A stretch of 64,000 bases of DNA, taken from positions 1-64,000 of the forward strand of contig CAUYUJ010000288.1 in NCBI GenBank assembly GCA_963575745.1, written 5' to 3'. Position numbers and translations under genes: made by a program. The notes under the pieces are model-generated. The model made no database searches. It was not told where the DNA came from and saw only the letters and a program-made list of their open reading frames with translations. Positions 20,926 to 33,364 of the stretch are shown here, one piece after another (position 1 is the first letter of the stretch; every line of letters starts with the position of its first letter). This DNA is from Prorocentrum cordatum (Eukaryota).

Positions 20926-21993
20926 ATGGCACTGCATGGCACTGCATTATTGTTGTGGATCTTCATCACCCCGGCGTATGCAGTTTGGAACCATTCAGGC
21001 ACAGAGTGGACACCACGTGCAGACAAGCATGCGACATATTTTGTTTTTTCGGGGAACGATGACGTACTCAAAGAGGCTAGCCTTTCTATCTATTCTTTAT
21101 GCAGGCTCGATCCGTCTGTAAGGGTGTTGATGGTCACAGATGAAGAAAACAAGGATGCGACTGCACGCGCAGTCACCGCAATCAGCGAAGCATGTTGGAA
21201 TGTTGCAAGGCCTGAGCACTTGTCAATGGTTATCGCGAACATAACCGAAATATCGCGTATAGTTTCCTCACATGGTTACACCAAACTTGCGCACCATTCT
21301 GGTTTTGGAGGCTATGCCAAAATGATTGCTGCTAACTTGATTCCCGAATCGATCGATCGCACGATTGTGCTCGACACAGACACAGTATTCAATGCCGCAT
21401 TTGAACAGCTCTGGAGGCAATTCGATAAGTTCAGCCCTGAACAGTTGCTAATGGGCAAACGGCTCAACGATTACTTGTGCGTCCATGGAGGCAACCGTAT
21501 CAATAGTGGTGTCGTCCTCATGGATTTAAGACGCATGCGGGACATCGGTTGGACTGAACTTGTGATGAGTGAGAGCAGGAAGTGCCACCATTGCATCGCT
21601 GGCGAAACACTGTCTTGTGGAGATCAGGAGCTTATTTCGTTCGCTTGCCAACAGAGACCTGGAGCGTGCAGTAGTTTTGACGTGAGGTTCCACTACGACT
21701 TCTGCAACGAGAGGAAGAACAATACATGGTGGAACAGCGATAACGCAACCATCTATCATTTTAATTGTGGAGGGGATGTGAGTCAATGCCCAGGACACGA
21801 GTGCAAATATAGCGTTGTAGAATGGAATAACCATTTCTGCCAACAAGCCGACCAGGCGTCATCGGTGCATCTCCTCGTTCTCCTCCTCGTGCTCCTCCTT
21901 GTCGCTATCCTCTTTCTTGGTGTCTCTTTTTTAAGAGCCAGGGGACAGCGGACATCGGTCGACAGGGTTTCGCAGATGGTGTGTTTGATTTGA
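20926..21993 (+). CDS. Glycosyltransferase family 8 protein, LARGE/xylosyltransferase-like; intronless probable retrogene
   Basis: 355-aa ATG-initiated ORF. Motifs HHSGFGGYAKM (compare LARGE HYSGIYGLMKL), IVLDTD (DxD), INSGVVLMDL, GDQELI and IYHFN. Hydrophobic N-terminal signal-like segment and a C-terminal hydrophobic helix. Confidence 0.9.
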   Translation: MALHGTALLLWIFITPAYAVWNHSGTEWTPRADKHATYFVFSGNDDVLKEASLSIYSLCRLDPSVRVLMVTDEENKDATARAVTAISEACWNVARPEHLSMVIANITEISRIVSSHGYTKLAHHSGFGGYAKMIAANLIPESIDRTIVLDTDTVFNAAFEQLWRQFDKFSPEQLLMGKRLNDYLCVHGGNRINSGVVLMDLRRMRDIGWTELVMSESRKCHHCIAGETLSCGDQELISFACQQRPGACSSFDVRFHYDFCNERKNNTWWNSDNATIYHFNCGGDVSQCPGHECKYSVVEWNNHFCQQADQASSVHLLVLLLVLLLVAILFLGVSFLRARGQRTSVDRVSQMVCLI

Positions 21994-23269
21994 GCACTCG
22001 GGCATTGATGCCCCTGAAGTAATAGGATCATGCAATCACTGGCCTCGGCATGTATAATCTTATGTTCGGTAATTGATTCCATTCCTGCTTGGTAGACACC
22101 GAAGCGTGTACAGGACGTTTTCTCAGGTTTGTACTGAATTGGCAGCCAGGTTGATTCCCCAGGACTCTGTCTGATGTCTCTCATGGTGGACCTACCACAT
22201 TAAAACAGGTGCTTGGTCAGCACAATCGTAGGGCTGGTCAGCGTCCGCTGCCTTCCAGTTCGTCCCTACTTTCTCCTTCATATCATTATCCTTCTTTCCT
22301 GCACCGCTTGCTCGCCCTCTCCCAGGCCTTCCCCATCCAACTCTTCAACGCGATGCCCCTTGCAAGCTTGGCAACGCTTGGCAAAGTCCCAGCACGATGG
22401 CGTTTTATTTGGCTTGTTTCGCAACAGGCGACGTCGTCGCACGTGACTCTTCGTGCCGAGGCATGTTACAGGTCTTGTGGTGTCACCAATGCGAGGGCGC
22501 AGACCATCTGCCACTACCAGGCGCGTGTGAGGGTGTGGCCTCAACAAAAACAACGCCGCACATTCCGACACTCGTTTGATGTAGTCGCGCTACGCATCAC
22601 GCGCTAGACGCACAGTGCACTGTCTACTTTCTTGTTGTGAGTAGTGTGTTCGCGACTTCTTGATGGTGCAGTGGTCCGCGGGGCGTGTCGTCACAGCTCC
22701 ACGCCGTGTGGGTCGGACGCGTCAGGCTGCAGAGGTTCCGCGCGGACGTCGCGCCCCGAGCCGAGGCGATGGGTCTGGTCCTTGCTCCTTGCTCCTTGCG
22801 CTCTCTCTGCCTCTCTCTCTAGCCCCCTACACGAGCATCTGATCAAGAAACCTCCTCCCGAAGAGCTGGGACAGCGCTTCTGGACCAGTTTGCTGGAGAG
22901 CTGGCCCCGTTTCTCGAGCAGGTTTGCCCCGCCAGCGCGAGAGCGGCAGATGCTGGCCCAGGTCTGTTGCAGGAAGCCCCCGGGGAGCTGGCCCAGATCT
23001 CTGAAACGATGCTTGTTTGACCAGACTCCCGGCTGTACACACACACACACACATATGTATATACATATGTGTATATATACACGAATATATCGAGAGACAT
23101 GTGTGTACACATGGGTACACATACCTATAGATCTCTCTGCCCAAGCCTGCCGCCCGAGCGCCCCGCCGTGGTGCCGAGGCCTGGAGTACAACGAGTCCGT
23201 CCTCCACGCGTGCGGGGGACGCCCCGAGGCCTCCCGGGGGCAAACCGACCCGCGCCGCAGCCAGGCGTA

Positions 23270-24190
23270 CCTCCTCCTCCTCCTCCTCCTCCCCCTCCTC
23301 CTCCTCCTCCTCCTGCCTCCTCCTCCTCCTCTCCTCCTCCTCCTCCTCCTCCTCCTCCTCCTCCTCCTCTCCTCCTCCTCCTCCTCCTCCCTCCTCCTCC
23401 TCCTCCTCTCTCCTCCTCCTCTCCTCCTCCTCCTCCTCCTCCTCCTCCTCCTCCTCCTCCTCCTCCTCCTCCTCCTCCTCCTCCTCCCCTCTCCTCCTCC
23501 TCCTCTCTCCTCCTCCTCTCCTCCTCCTCCTCCTCCTCCTCTCCTCTCCTCTCCTCCTCCTCCTCCTCCTCCTCCTCCTCCTCTCCTCCTCCTCCTCCTC
23601 CTCCCTCCTCCTCCTCCTCCTCCTCCTCCTCCTCCTCCTCCTCCTCCCTCCTTCCTCCCTCCTCCTCCTCTCCTCCTCCCTCCTCCTCCTCCTCCTCCTC
23701 CTCCTCCTCCTCCTCCTCCTCCTCCTCCTCCTCCTCCTCCTCCTCCTCCTCCTCCTCCTCTCCTCTCCTCCTCCTCCTCCTCCTCCTCCTCTCCTCCTCC
23801 TCTCCTCCTCTCCCTCCTCCTCCTCCTCCTCCTCCTCCTCCTCCTCCTCCTCCTCCTCCTCCCCTCCTCCTCCTCCTCTCCTCCTCCTCCTCCTCCTCCT
23901 CCTCCTCTCCTCCTCCTCCTCCTCCTCCTCCTCCTCCTCCTCCTCCTCCTCCTCCTCCTCCTCCTCCTCCTCCTCCTCCTCCTCCTCCTCCTCCCCTCCT
24001 CTCCTCCTCCTCCTCCTCCTCTCCTCCTCCTCCTCCTCCCTCTCCTCCTCCCTCCTCCTCCTCCTCCTCTCCTCCTCCTCCTCCTCCTCCTCCTCCTCCT
24101 CCTCCTCCTCCTCCTCCTCCTCCTCCTCCTCTCCTCCTCCTCCTCCTCCTCCTCCTCCTCCGCCTCCTCCTCCTCCTCCTCTTCCTCCTC
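23270..24190. repeat. (CCT)n microsatellite
   Basis: Direct reading. Confidence 0.98.
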
Positions 24191-25774
24191 GCCTTGTGGG
24201 AGCGGCGCGGCGGATAGCCTTGTCCTGCTTGTGCTGGCGCGGCCGCCGGGTCACGCGACCGCGGCCTCGGCCTTCTCCTCCCTCCCTCCTTTGAGCAGTG
24301 GCGAAGCGTCCAAGCTCGCGTATGGGCTTACCAACTGATGTTCCAAGAACCTTTGGTGGTCTGCACGACATGCGACATGTTCTTAGAGCATTTCTGGCTG
24401 AGACTGTTTTGTCTTACCACACCGGGCTTATGTTTTAAGAACCTTGCTTTGTCCTTAGAACATGTTCGGGTTCGAAGAACATTTCGTGGAAGGCCTGTAG
24501 GAATGCCGGGACGGTCGGTCCCTGCTCACCTCGTCCATCAGGGGAGGAAGCGATATCCATATCGTTGCTTACTCTTCCTGGAGAGTCCTCATCACCACGA
24601 CTGGGTTCTCCTCGAAATTCTGGTCGGAACGAACCGACGTCTGGGGAGTAGCGGTATCGATTCGTTTTTGCCACCCCAGCCCGCGACCAGAGCTTTTTCG
24701 CTCTGCGTTGCGAGCACCAGTTTTGTCAGTGCATGAACAAGCTGATTTCGCGAGTAAAGATTACACGTGTTCTCCGAATGTGCACGCGAACGTAGGATTG
24801 TTTAGGATTTCGATATGGTGACTGAGGTATGTGGGTGTCAGATGGATGAAGGGGCTGTCCCAGCAGGACTGAGCTTTGCTGAAAACCAGCGATGGCGCAA
24901 GCTGTGACAAGACCTTTGCGGAAGGCAGCACATGTCGTGCAACGTCCCACCAGAGATATCACACATGATGGCCAAGTGGGAGTTCATGCCAATCACATCC
25001 TCCAGAATAGGACACGGCGGCAAGCTTGGATGGTAGCAGTCAGCACTGAACCGCGGCAGGAAAAAACACCCCCCCCTCTCTCACGAATTTTTCCCCCGTG
25101 TCACCGAGGACCAGTACTCTTGTTAATCGACCTTTTCGCCTTGGAGGTTGCATGCATGCGCAGAGTGCGCTCAGTGTGCCCTGAGCGCGACGACTCCGCA
25201 CGAACTCTTCCGATTGGCCCACCCTCGAGGCACACGATTCGGAAGCTCCACTGCCTCCCAAAGGGGTAGGGGGAGGGGGGACGGGGAGACGCTGGGAAAT
25301 CGGGGAACAAGCAACGATATAAGCATACACTTTCGGAGGTCCGCGCGGATTTCTCGGATCGGTGCTGGACTGCCCCTGGCGCGCGGAGGGCACCGGGGGC
25401 GGCGCTGGAGGCGCCGCCGGGCAGCTCCAGCGCCAGCGCCGATCCAAAAATATTCGCCTGGACGTCCGAAGGCTTATGTTTATGCCGATGCTTAGTCCCT
25501 TGCAATCAGTGGACTATTGTTGGTAGTGAAATTCTAGGGAGCGTATTTCATCGGGAATGCTTTGGGTCCAACGCCATGTTCTGAATCTCGTTGCGTCCGT
25601 AGCCTCTGCGCGACTAGAGCGCGCCATAGCGCGACGATCGAGGACCGACCCACGACCGACGACCGCTCAGCTGGAGCGACCAATCCTCATACCGGGCACC
25701 CCGAGGTGTCTTCTGCTGCAGTTCGCTCTCCCGATGCGTAAGGCATGAACGTAGCATCGCCACGCGACGTACGA

Positions 25775-25801
25775 TCATCATTATCATCATCACCATCACC
25801 G

Positions 25802-25835
<34 letters not shown>

Positions 25836-26008
25836 GTCGTCATCATCATCACAAGCATCATCATCATCAGCATCATCACCATCACCATCGTCATCATCAT
25901 CGTCGTCATCATCGCCATCATTGTCACCATCACCACCATCATCATGACTATCACCATCATCAGCATCACCAGCAGCATCATCACCAGCAGCATGATCATC
26001 ATGGTCAC

Positions 26009-26049
<41 letters not shown>

Positions 26050-26950
26050 CCATCAATGTCGTCATCATCATGATCATCAAAGTCACCACCAGCAGCACCG
26101 TCATTTCCACCATAGTCATCATCATCATCATCATCATCACCATCACCATCATCACCATCACCATCGTCACCACCTCCATCGTCATCATCATTAGCATCAT
26201 TGCCATCACCGTCACCATCACCATGACCACCACCAGCACCATCATGATTATCATCGTCATCACCATCATCATATTCACGATCACAACCACAATCATCATA
26301 ACCGTTATCATCATCAGCATCATCATTATCATCCCTATTACCATCACCATCATCATTACAATGACCATAACCATCACCATGACCATCATCATCACTACCG
26401 TCGTCATCACCATCATCATCACCATCGTTATCATCATCACGATCATAATCATGAGCACCATTATCACCATCATCCTCATCATCACCACCATCATCATTCT
26501 TATAACCATTACCACTACCATCACCATGACCATCACCATCGCCATCATGATCACCATCATCACCACCATTATCATCACCACCATCACCATGACCATCGCC
26601 ATCACCATGACCATCACCACCATCAACATCATCATCATCATCATCATGTCCGTCATCATCCTCATCACCATCACCATCACCATCATCATCATAATCACCA
26701 TCATCATTACCATTATCATGTCCGTCATCATCACCACCACCATCCACATCATCATCAGCATCATCATCACCATCACAATGATCATCACCATCATCATCAT
26801 CATCATCACCATCGTCATCACCATGACCATCACCAGGACCACCACCACCATCATGAGCATCATCATCACCATCACCATCACCATCATCATCACCAGCACC
26901 AGCATCATCATTATCGCCATCATCATCATCAGCAGCATCATCACCATCAG

Positions 26951-27001
<51 letters not shown>

Positions 27002-27022
27002 GAGCATCATCAGCATCATCAT
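25775..27022. repeat. Degenerate (CAT/CAC)n trinucleotide tract
   Basis: Direct reading. A second, purer tract lies at about 27380-27572. Confidence 0.97.
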
Positions 27023-27383
27023 GCTCAATTGCAGTTTGGTGAGCATCGTCGTCATGCCTCGCAGAGCCTACTCCCCTGGTCGACCAGGAGTTGTGCTCCG
27101 TCTTCTCCGGCCCTCCCGGAGGTGGCGTTGGAGGTGCTCAAGTACCTGGACCGCGCATTGGAGGAGGGCGCCATGAACGCCGCACGTCACCCCGACCCGC
27201 CGCGACTGTAGGGGGGGGCAGCGACGGAAGGAATGAGGGAAGGAAGCCCACAGCCCCGATGTCGTTTTTTTTTTTTCTCCCCCAGCCATCCTGTGGTGTT
27301 GGGTCCTCGTTTTGAAGAGACAGCGCCCCGCGTTCCTCTCCTCTCGTCTCCTCTCCTCCTCCCCTCCTCCCTCCCCTCGTCAC

Positions 27384-27461
<78 letters not shown>

Positions 27462-27515
27462 GATCATGATCATGATCATCATCATCATCATCATCATCAT
27501 CGTCATCATCATCAG

Positions 27516-27571
<56 letters not shown>

Positions 27572-27584
27572 CTCGTTTTAGCAC

Positions 27585-29800
27585 ACCCCTCACACGTTTC
27601 GTGGCCCCATTGGAAGCCCCACCGAAGGTCCCAGTGCTACCGTCCGCATGCGTGCCGCGCACCCAGTACAGCGCTTCGTGGCCCCCACCTCCCTCCTCCC
27701 TGCGTTTCACCCACCCAGTGCAGCGTTTCGTGGTCCCATAGGAAGCCCCACCGAAGGTCCAAGTGCTACCTTCCGCATGCGTCCCGCACACCCAGTGCAG
27801 CGTTTCGTGGCCCCATAGGAAGCCACACCGAAGGTCCCAGTGCTACCGTCCGCATGCGTCCCGCACACCCAGTACAGCGCTTCGTGGCCCCATAGGGAGC
27901 CCCACCGACGGCCACAGTGGGACCGTCCGCATGCGCCCTGCACGCCCAATTTGGCATTTTCATACACACACGCACCCAATGCAGCGCTTCGTGGCCCCAT
28001 AGGAAGGCCCTACCGGAGGTCCCAGTGCTACCGCATGTGTCCCGCACACCCAGTACAGCGCTTCGTGGCCCCATAGGGAGCTCCGCCGAAGGATTTTCAC
28101 CTACCCAGTACAGCTTTTCGTGGCCCCATAGGGAGCTCCGCCGAAGGCCCCAGTGCCACCGTCCGCATGCGTCCCGAGAGCTCAATTTGGAATTTTCACC
28201 TACCCAGTACAGCGTTTCGTGGCCCCATAGGGAGCTCCACCGACAGCCCCAGTGCCACCGTCCGCATGCGTCCCGAAAAGCCCCATGGGGAGCTCCGCCG
28301 AAGGCCCCAGTGCCACCGTCCGCATGCGTCCCGAGAACCCAATTTGGAATTTTCACCCACCCAGAACAGCGCTTCGTAGCCCCATAGGGAGCCCCACCGA
28401 TGCCCCAGCGGGACCGTCTGCATGCGCCCCGAAAACCCACTTGGGCATTTTCACCCACCCAGTACATCGCTTCGTGGCCCCATAGGGAGCTCCACCGAAG
28501 GCCCCAGTGGGACCGCCCACATGCGTCCTGGAAGCCCAATATGGTGTTTTCACCTACCCAGTACAGCGTTTCGTGGCCCTACAGGGATCGAGCTCCACCG
28601 ACGCCTCCAACCGTCCACATGCGTCCCGGAAGCCAGATTTGGCATTTTCACCCACCCAGTGCAGCGCTTCGTGGCCCCATAGGGGGCCCCACCGACGGCC
28701 CAAATACTACCGCCCGCATGCGTTCCCCCTCCTTCCTTCCTTCCTTCCTTCTTTCCTCCTCCTCCTGCTCCTCCTCCTCCTTCTCCTCCTCCTCCTTCTC
28801 CTCCTCCTCCTCCTCCTCCCTCTCCTCCCTCTCCTCCCCCTCCTCCTCCGCCTCCTCCTCCTCCTCCTACTCCTCCTCCTCCTCCTCCTCCCGTTCCTCC
28901 CTCATTGCGTGGCCCCATAGGGAGCTCCACCGAAGGCTCCTGTGGGACCGCCCGCATGCGTCATCTTCCACCCAGCACAGCACTTCGTGGCCCCATGGGG
29001 AGCTCCACCGAAGGCTCCAGTGGGACCGCCCGCATGCGTCTTCCACCACCCAGTACAGCGTTCCATGGTCCCATAAGGGGCTCCACCGGAGGCCCCAGTG
29101 GGACCGCCCGCGTACGTCATCCACCACGCAGCATAACGTTTCGTGGCCCCATAGGGAGCTCCACCGAAGGCCCCAGTGGCACCGCCCGCACGCGTCATCC
29201 ACCACCCAGCAAAGCATTTCGTTTTTTCCATAGTGAGCTCCACCGACGGCTCCAGTGGGACCGCCCGCATGCGTCATCCACCACCAAGTACAGCGCTTCG
29301 TGGCCCCATAGGGAGCTCCACCGAAGGCTCCAGTGGGACCGCCCGCATGCGTCATCCACCACCCAGTACAGCGTCTTGGCCCCATAGGGGGCTCCACCGA
29401 AGGCCCCAGTGGGACCGCCGACATGCGCCATCCACCACGCAGCATAACGTTTCGTGGCCCCATAGGGAGCTCCACCGAAGGCCCCAGTGGGACCGCCCGC
29501 ATGCGTCATCCACCGCCCAGCGTAGAATTTCGTGGCCCCATAGGGAGCTCCACCGAAGGCTCCAGTGGCACCGCCCGCATGTGTTACCCACCACCCAGTA
29601 CAGCGTTTCGTGGATCCATAGAGGGCTCCACCGAAGGCCCCAGTGGGACCGCCCGCTTGCGTCATCCACCACCCAGTACAGCGTTTCGTGGCCCCATAAA
29701 AGGGGGCTCCACCGCAGGCCCCAGTGGGACCGCCCGCATGCGTCATCCGCCACCCAGTACAGCGTTTCGTGTTCCCACAGGGAGCTCCACCTAAGGTCTC
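27585..29800. repeat. About 77-78-bp minisatellite array in two sub-blocks separated by (CCT)n at about 28730-28900
   Basis: Core CACCCAGTACAGCG[C/T]TTCGTGGCCCCATAGGGAGCTCCACCGAAGG..CAGTG..CCG[C/T]CCGCATGCGTC. Period 77 (27730, 27807, 27884) and 78 (28909, 28987, 29065). Confidence 0.95.
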
Positions 29801-30754
29801 CGTGGCGGAACTCGCATGGCGGCCTGGCGGCGACTTTCGATATCCGGAGGTTTTTTGTCGTATTCGACGTGTTAAGGCCGCTTTCGGGCCGCGCATCCTG
29901 GGCGGGAGCCAGCCTGCTCGCTCTCTCTGCTTCGCGCAGCGGACGACCCGCGCGCGTCGCTTCGGGGCGACCAGCGCGCGTCGCGGGGACTCCGTGCGGC
30001 GTCGCGCCGGCAGCCTTGGACGTTGGCGTACACGGGCGAAGGGGGAAAAGAAAAGCGGGAAGGAAGCGGGCGCGATCCTCGTGAGAGGCGCGCCGACATG
30101 GGCGTCGACATTTGTGCATGTAGACTCACGCGCGCAGACTCATCCACAATCAGACTCACGCGCTCTCAGTCTCTCGCGCACAGACCTGTCGTCTTTGCTC
30201 GCGTTGTGTGCCCCGCCGCGCATGTCGGCACGTCCCTCACTCGGCTCGTGGCCCCATAGGGAACGCGGGCGAAGATGATATTCATAATTGCGGTATTCAC
30301 AGCTGCATATGGTTGGGTCCTTCGCCAGGCTAATTTTGAAAACGTCGACCTCTAGAGGTCTGGACCCCTTCCCCAGGACAGGCTTTTCAATTTTGACTTG
30401 TTCCCCATATCCTAAGATGGGGTTCCTGTTGTTACTCGGACGCCGCCGATTCCAGAGAGAAAACACCTACTCATACACAGACTTCTTCATACTCATACGT
30501 GCTCATACTCATACCTCCTCATGGTCTGACTTTCTCAACGCACAACATGCAGGCCTACTCGTACTCAGACTTACTCATGCTGGGATCCCTTCATACCCAG
30601 ACTTGCTCATACCCGTACTCTTTCCCAGACCTGCTCATACACAGACTTACTCATAGTCAGACCTACACATACGCAAACCTTCTCATAGTTTGAGTTGCTC
30701 AACGCACGGACTGAGACCTACTCATACTCAGACCTAGTCATATCCAGACTCGCA

Positions 30755-31503
30755 AGGGGAGCCGCCAGGGGTGTTTTCACGGGCCCGTTCGCGGCCAGTT
30801 TGTGGGGATGTCTCAGGCGGTTTGCTTGTATTCATGCCCAACATCCTTAGCTTTCATATCAGATTGTGAGGATGTCTCAGGCGGGGCGCTGGCTTCAGCA
30901 CCCCTAAGGGGAGCCGCCAGGGGTGTTTTCACGGGCCCGGTCGCGGCCAGTTTGTGGGGATGTCTCAGACGGTTTGCTCGCTTTCATGCCCAACATCCTT
31001 GGCTTTCAGATCAGATTGTGAGCATGTCTCAGGCGTGGCGCCGGTTTCAACACCCCTAAGGGGAGCCACCAGAGGTGTTTTCACGGGCCCGTTCGCGGCC
31101 AGTTTGTGGGGATGTCTCACGCGGTCTGCTTGTTCTCATGCCCAACATCCTTGGGTTTCATATCGAATTTCTGGGGATCTCTCAGGCGGGGCGGTGGTTT
31201 CAGCACCCCTAAGGGGAACCGCCAGGAGTGTTTTCACGGGGCCGTTCGCGGCCAGTTTGTGGGGATGTCTCCGGCGGTTTGCTTGTTTTGCATGCCCAAC
31301 ATCCTTGGCTTTCAGAGCTGATTTGGAGGATGTCTCAGGCCGGGCGCTGGTTTCAACACCCCTACAAGGAGCCTCCAGGGGGTAGGACACGGGCCCGTTC
31401 GCGGCCAGTTTGTGGTGATGTCTCAGGCGGCTTGCCCGTCTTAGTGCCCAACATCCTTGGCTTTCATATCAAATTGTGAGGATGTCTCAGGCGGGGCGCT
31501 GGC
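30755..31503. repeat. About 152-bp tandem repeat, about 5 copies
   Basis: GGG[C/G]CCG[T/G]TCGCGGCCAGTTTGTGG..GATGTCTC recurs at about 30781, 30933, 31085, 31238 and 31391. Confidence 0.95.
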
Positions 31504-31519
31504 GGAGCACTTATTCGGA

Positions 31520-33364
31520 GCTAACGCAAGCGGCGCCACGCCAGAAAATCGAACTGAAACAAGCTCAAGAAGCGGCGTTCGAGGTCAACTCAGAGGAAAA
31601 CCACATGGAGGAATCTGCGCGGCCCAAGCGCAGACTCAGAGGCAAACGGCCCCCAGTGGCCTCATTTGACAGCGAGGGCGCCTACGAGACGCCGAGTGTT
31701 TTCATCCGGCATCTTATATTGGAGCTACCTTCGGACAAGCAGCTGAATCGGCGACGACCGCTCTTCATGGTGATGGTCGCGGAAGCCTGCGCCAAGGCCT
31801 GGGGGAAGATAAAAACAACGCGCCGCCCGATCAGCGAGAGCCCACGCATCTGCTGCTCCTGGGCGTTGGGGGCACCGGCAAAACGCACGTGGGTTTTCAG
31901 GGCAGTGGAATACATCTGGCCCAACGAGACGCCCGAGTCCCCGTCAATGCTGGTGGTGGCGTGTTCCACCGCCCAATCGAATAACATCTCTACCACCGAA
32001 TAGAAAGCGCGGGCTCTGCACAGCGCTGCAGGCATGCGCGCCCAGGAAATGGGCAACGCGAAGATGCGGCCTGGCAACAAATCGCAGGCTCTCGAGGTGC
32101 GCTGGAGGAACGTGAAAGTGCTCGTCACCGAACAGGTGAGCATGGTGTTTGCCGCAAATTACAACATGCTGGACTTCCGCGCCATGCGCCGGCGCACCAG
32201 GACCCATGATGTCTCGCAGGGCAACTATAAGGAGCAAGGGTGCAGTTTTGATAGGTGCCCCATCGTCATCCACCTGGGCGATTTCCTGCAGTTGACACCG
32301 ACTGCGCAGCTCAGCCTCGTGACAGATCCCAACGAAAAAGACGAGGACGGCAACTACGTGCTGTCGGAGCCGCCCTCCCTTGAGATCCAGAACGCCCTCA
32401 GGGCCTTCAAGAGGATCACCTGTGTCATCGAGCTCCAAGGGGCGAAGCGCTTCGTCAAGGGCGATCCCCTCGTAGAGTTCTTGAGCAGCATGCGGCAGGG
32501 CAAACCGATCCCCGACCTTGTCTGGCGGGCCTTCGAGGCGAGGTTTGCGAAGGACAGCCGCCCCGACGCGAGCCCTGAGCTGGGCCCGCGGCGCGCGCAG
32601 AAGGAGCTCCTCGAAGCCTACGGCTTGGCCATGTACTGGGAACCTCTGGCCCGCTGGATCACCGGGCGGGCGCGGCGCGACGCCCGCGTGCTCGAGGTCC
32701 CTTTGGTTTTCCCGCAGGCTGCCGACGAGTGCCAGACCATCGAAGACAAGGATGCATACTCCAACATGCTAAACGTCGCCAACATTCACAACGCGGGCCG
32801 CATGCACGGCGCGCTGCCCGCCCACGTGGGGATGCGGGGTCGCTTCGCTGGCAAGTCCAATAGCACATGTGACTTGGTCCAGGAGCAACGGGCCACGATC
32901 GTCGACATTGTGTTCTACGAGGACGACCAGGTAAAATGCGACAGCGCGGGCCCTGGCGAGCTGTTCCGGCCTCGCCGCTCGCCCGCTGGCATCTGGTTGC
33001 AGGTCGACGATTTCACGGGGGTGCCCGCGTGGAAAGATTTCATGGACTACGCAGGCAAAAAAAAAGAAGATTACACGCGGCCTCTTCTGCGCGCCCCTGA
33101 TGGGGAACCTTCGCCTGGGAGGTTTCGTCCGTGGCGCGCGGCGTGAAGCGGCTTGTTTTCATGCTCTCGCACGCGCGCTACCTGGCGACGACAGCCTCGC
33201 AAGGGCAGACGGCGCGTTCTGCAGTGCCCATTGACTGTGCGCGCCAGGTGCCTCAGGGGCAGCGAGGCATCCACGATGACACTTGGTGGTTGAACCTCTA
33301 CGTGATGTTCTCCCGCGCCACTCGGGTGGCGGACATGTTGCTGGTGCGGCCGCCGCCTCGCTGA
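31520..33364 (+). pseudogene. PIF1-family (SF1B) DNA helicase remnant, possibly Helitron-derived
   Basis: Walker A GVGGTGKT at 31862-31885 (shifted frame), LVTEQVSM (motif II), IHLGDFLQLTP (III), IELQGAKRF (IV), LPAHVGMR, TTASQGQT (V) and LYVMFSRAT (VI). Stops and frameshifts, no introns. Confidence 0.85.

Noticed and set aside
22644..27176. Long ORFs rich in Pro/Leu/Ser/Glu or Asp/Met/Ile/His
   Set aside because: They are translations of (CCT)n and (CAT)n tracts that lack stops; no domain content.
27585..29800. CRISPR-like regular repeats (also 53268-53830, 30755-31503 and 63446-63915)
   Set aside because: The sequence between cores is itself repeated rather than unique spacers, no cas genes are present, and the context is eukaryotic. 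These are minisatellites.
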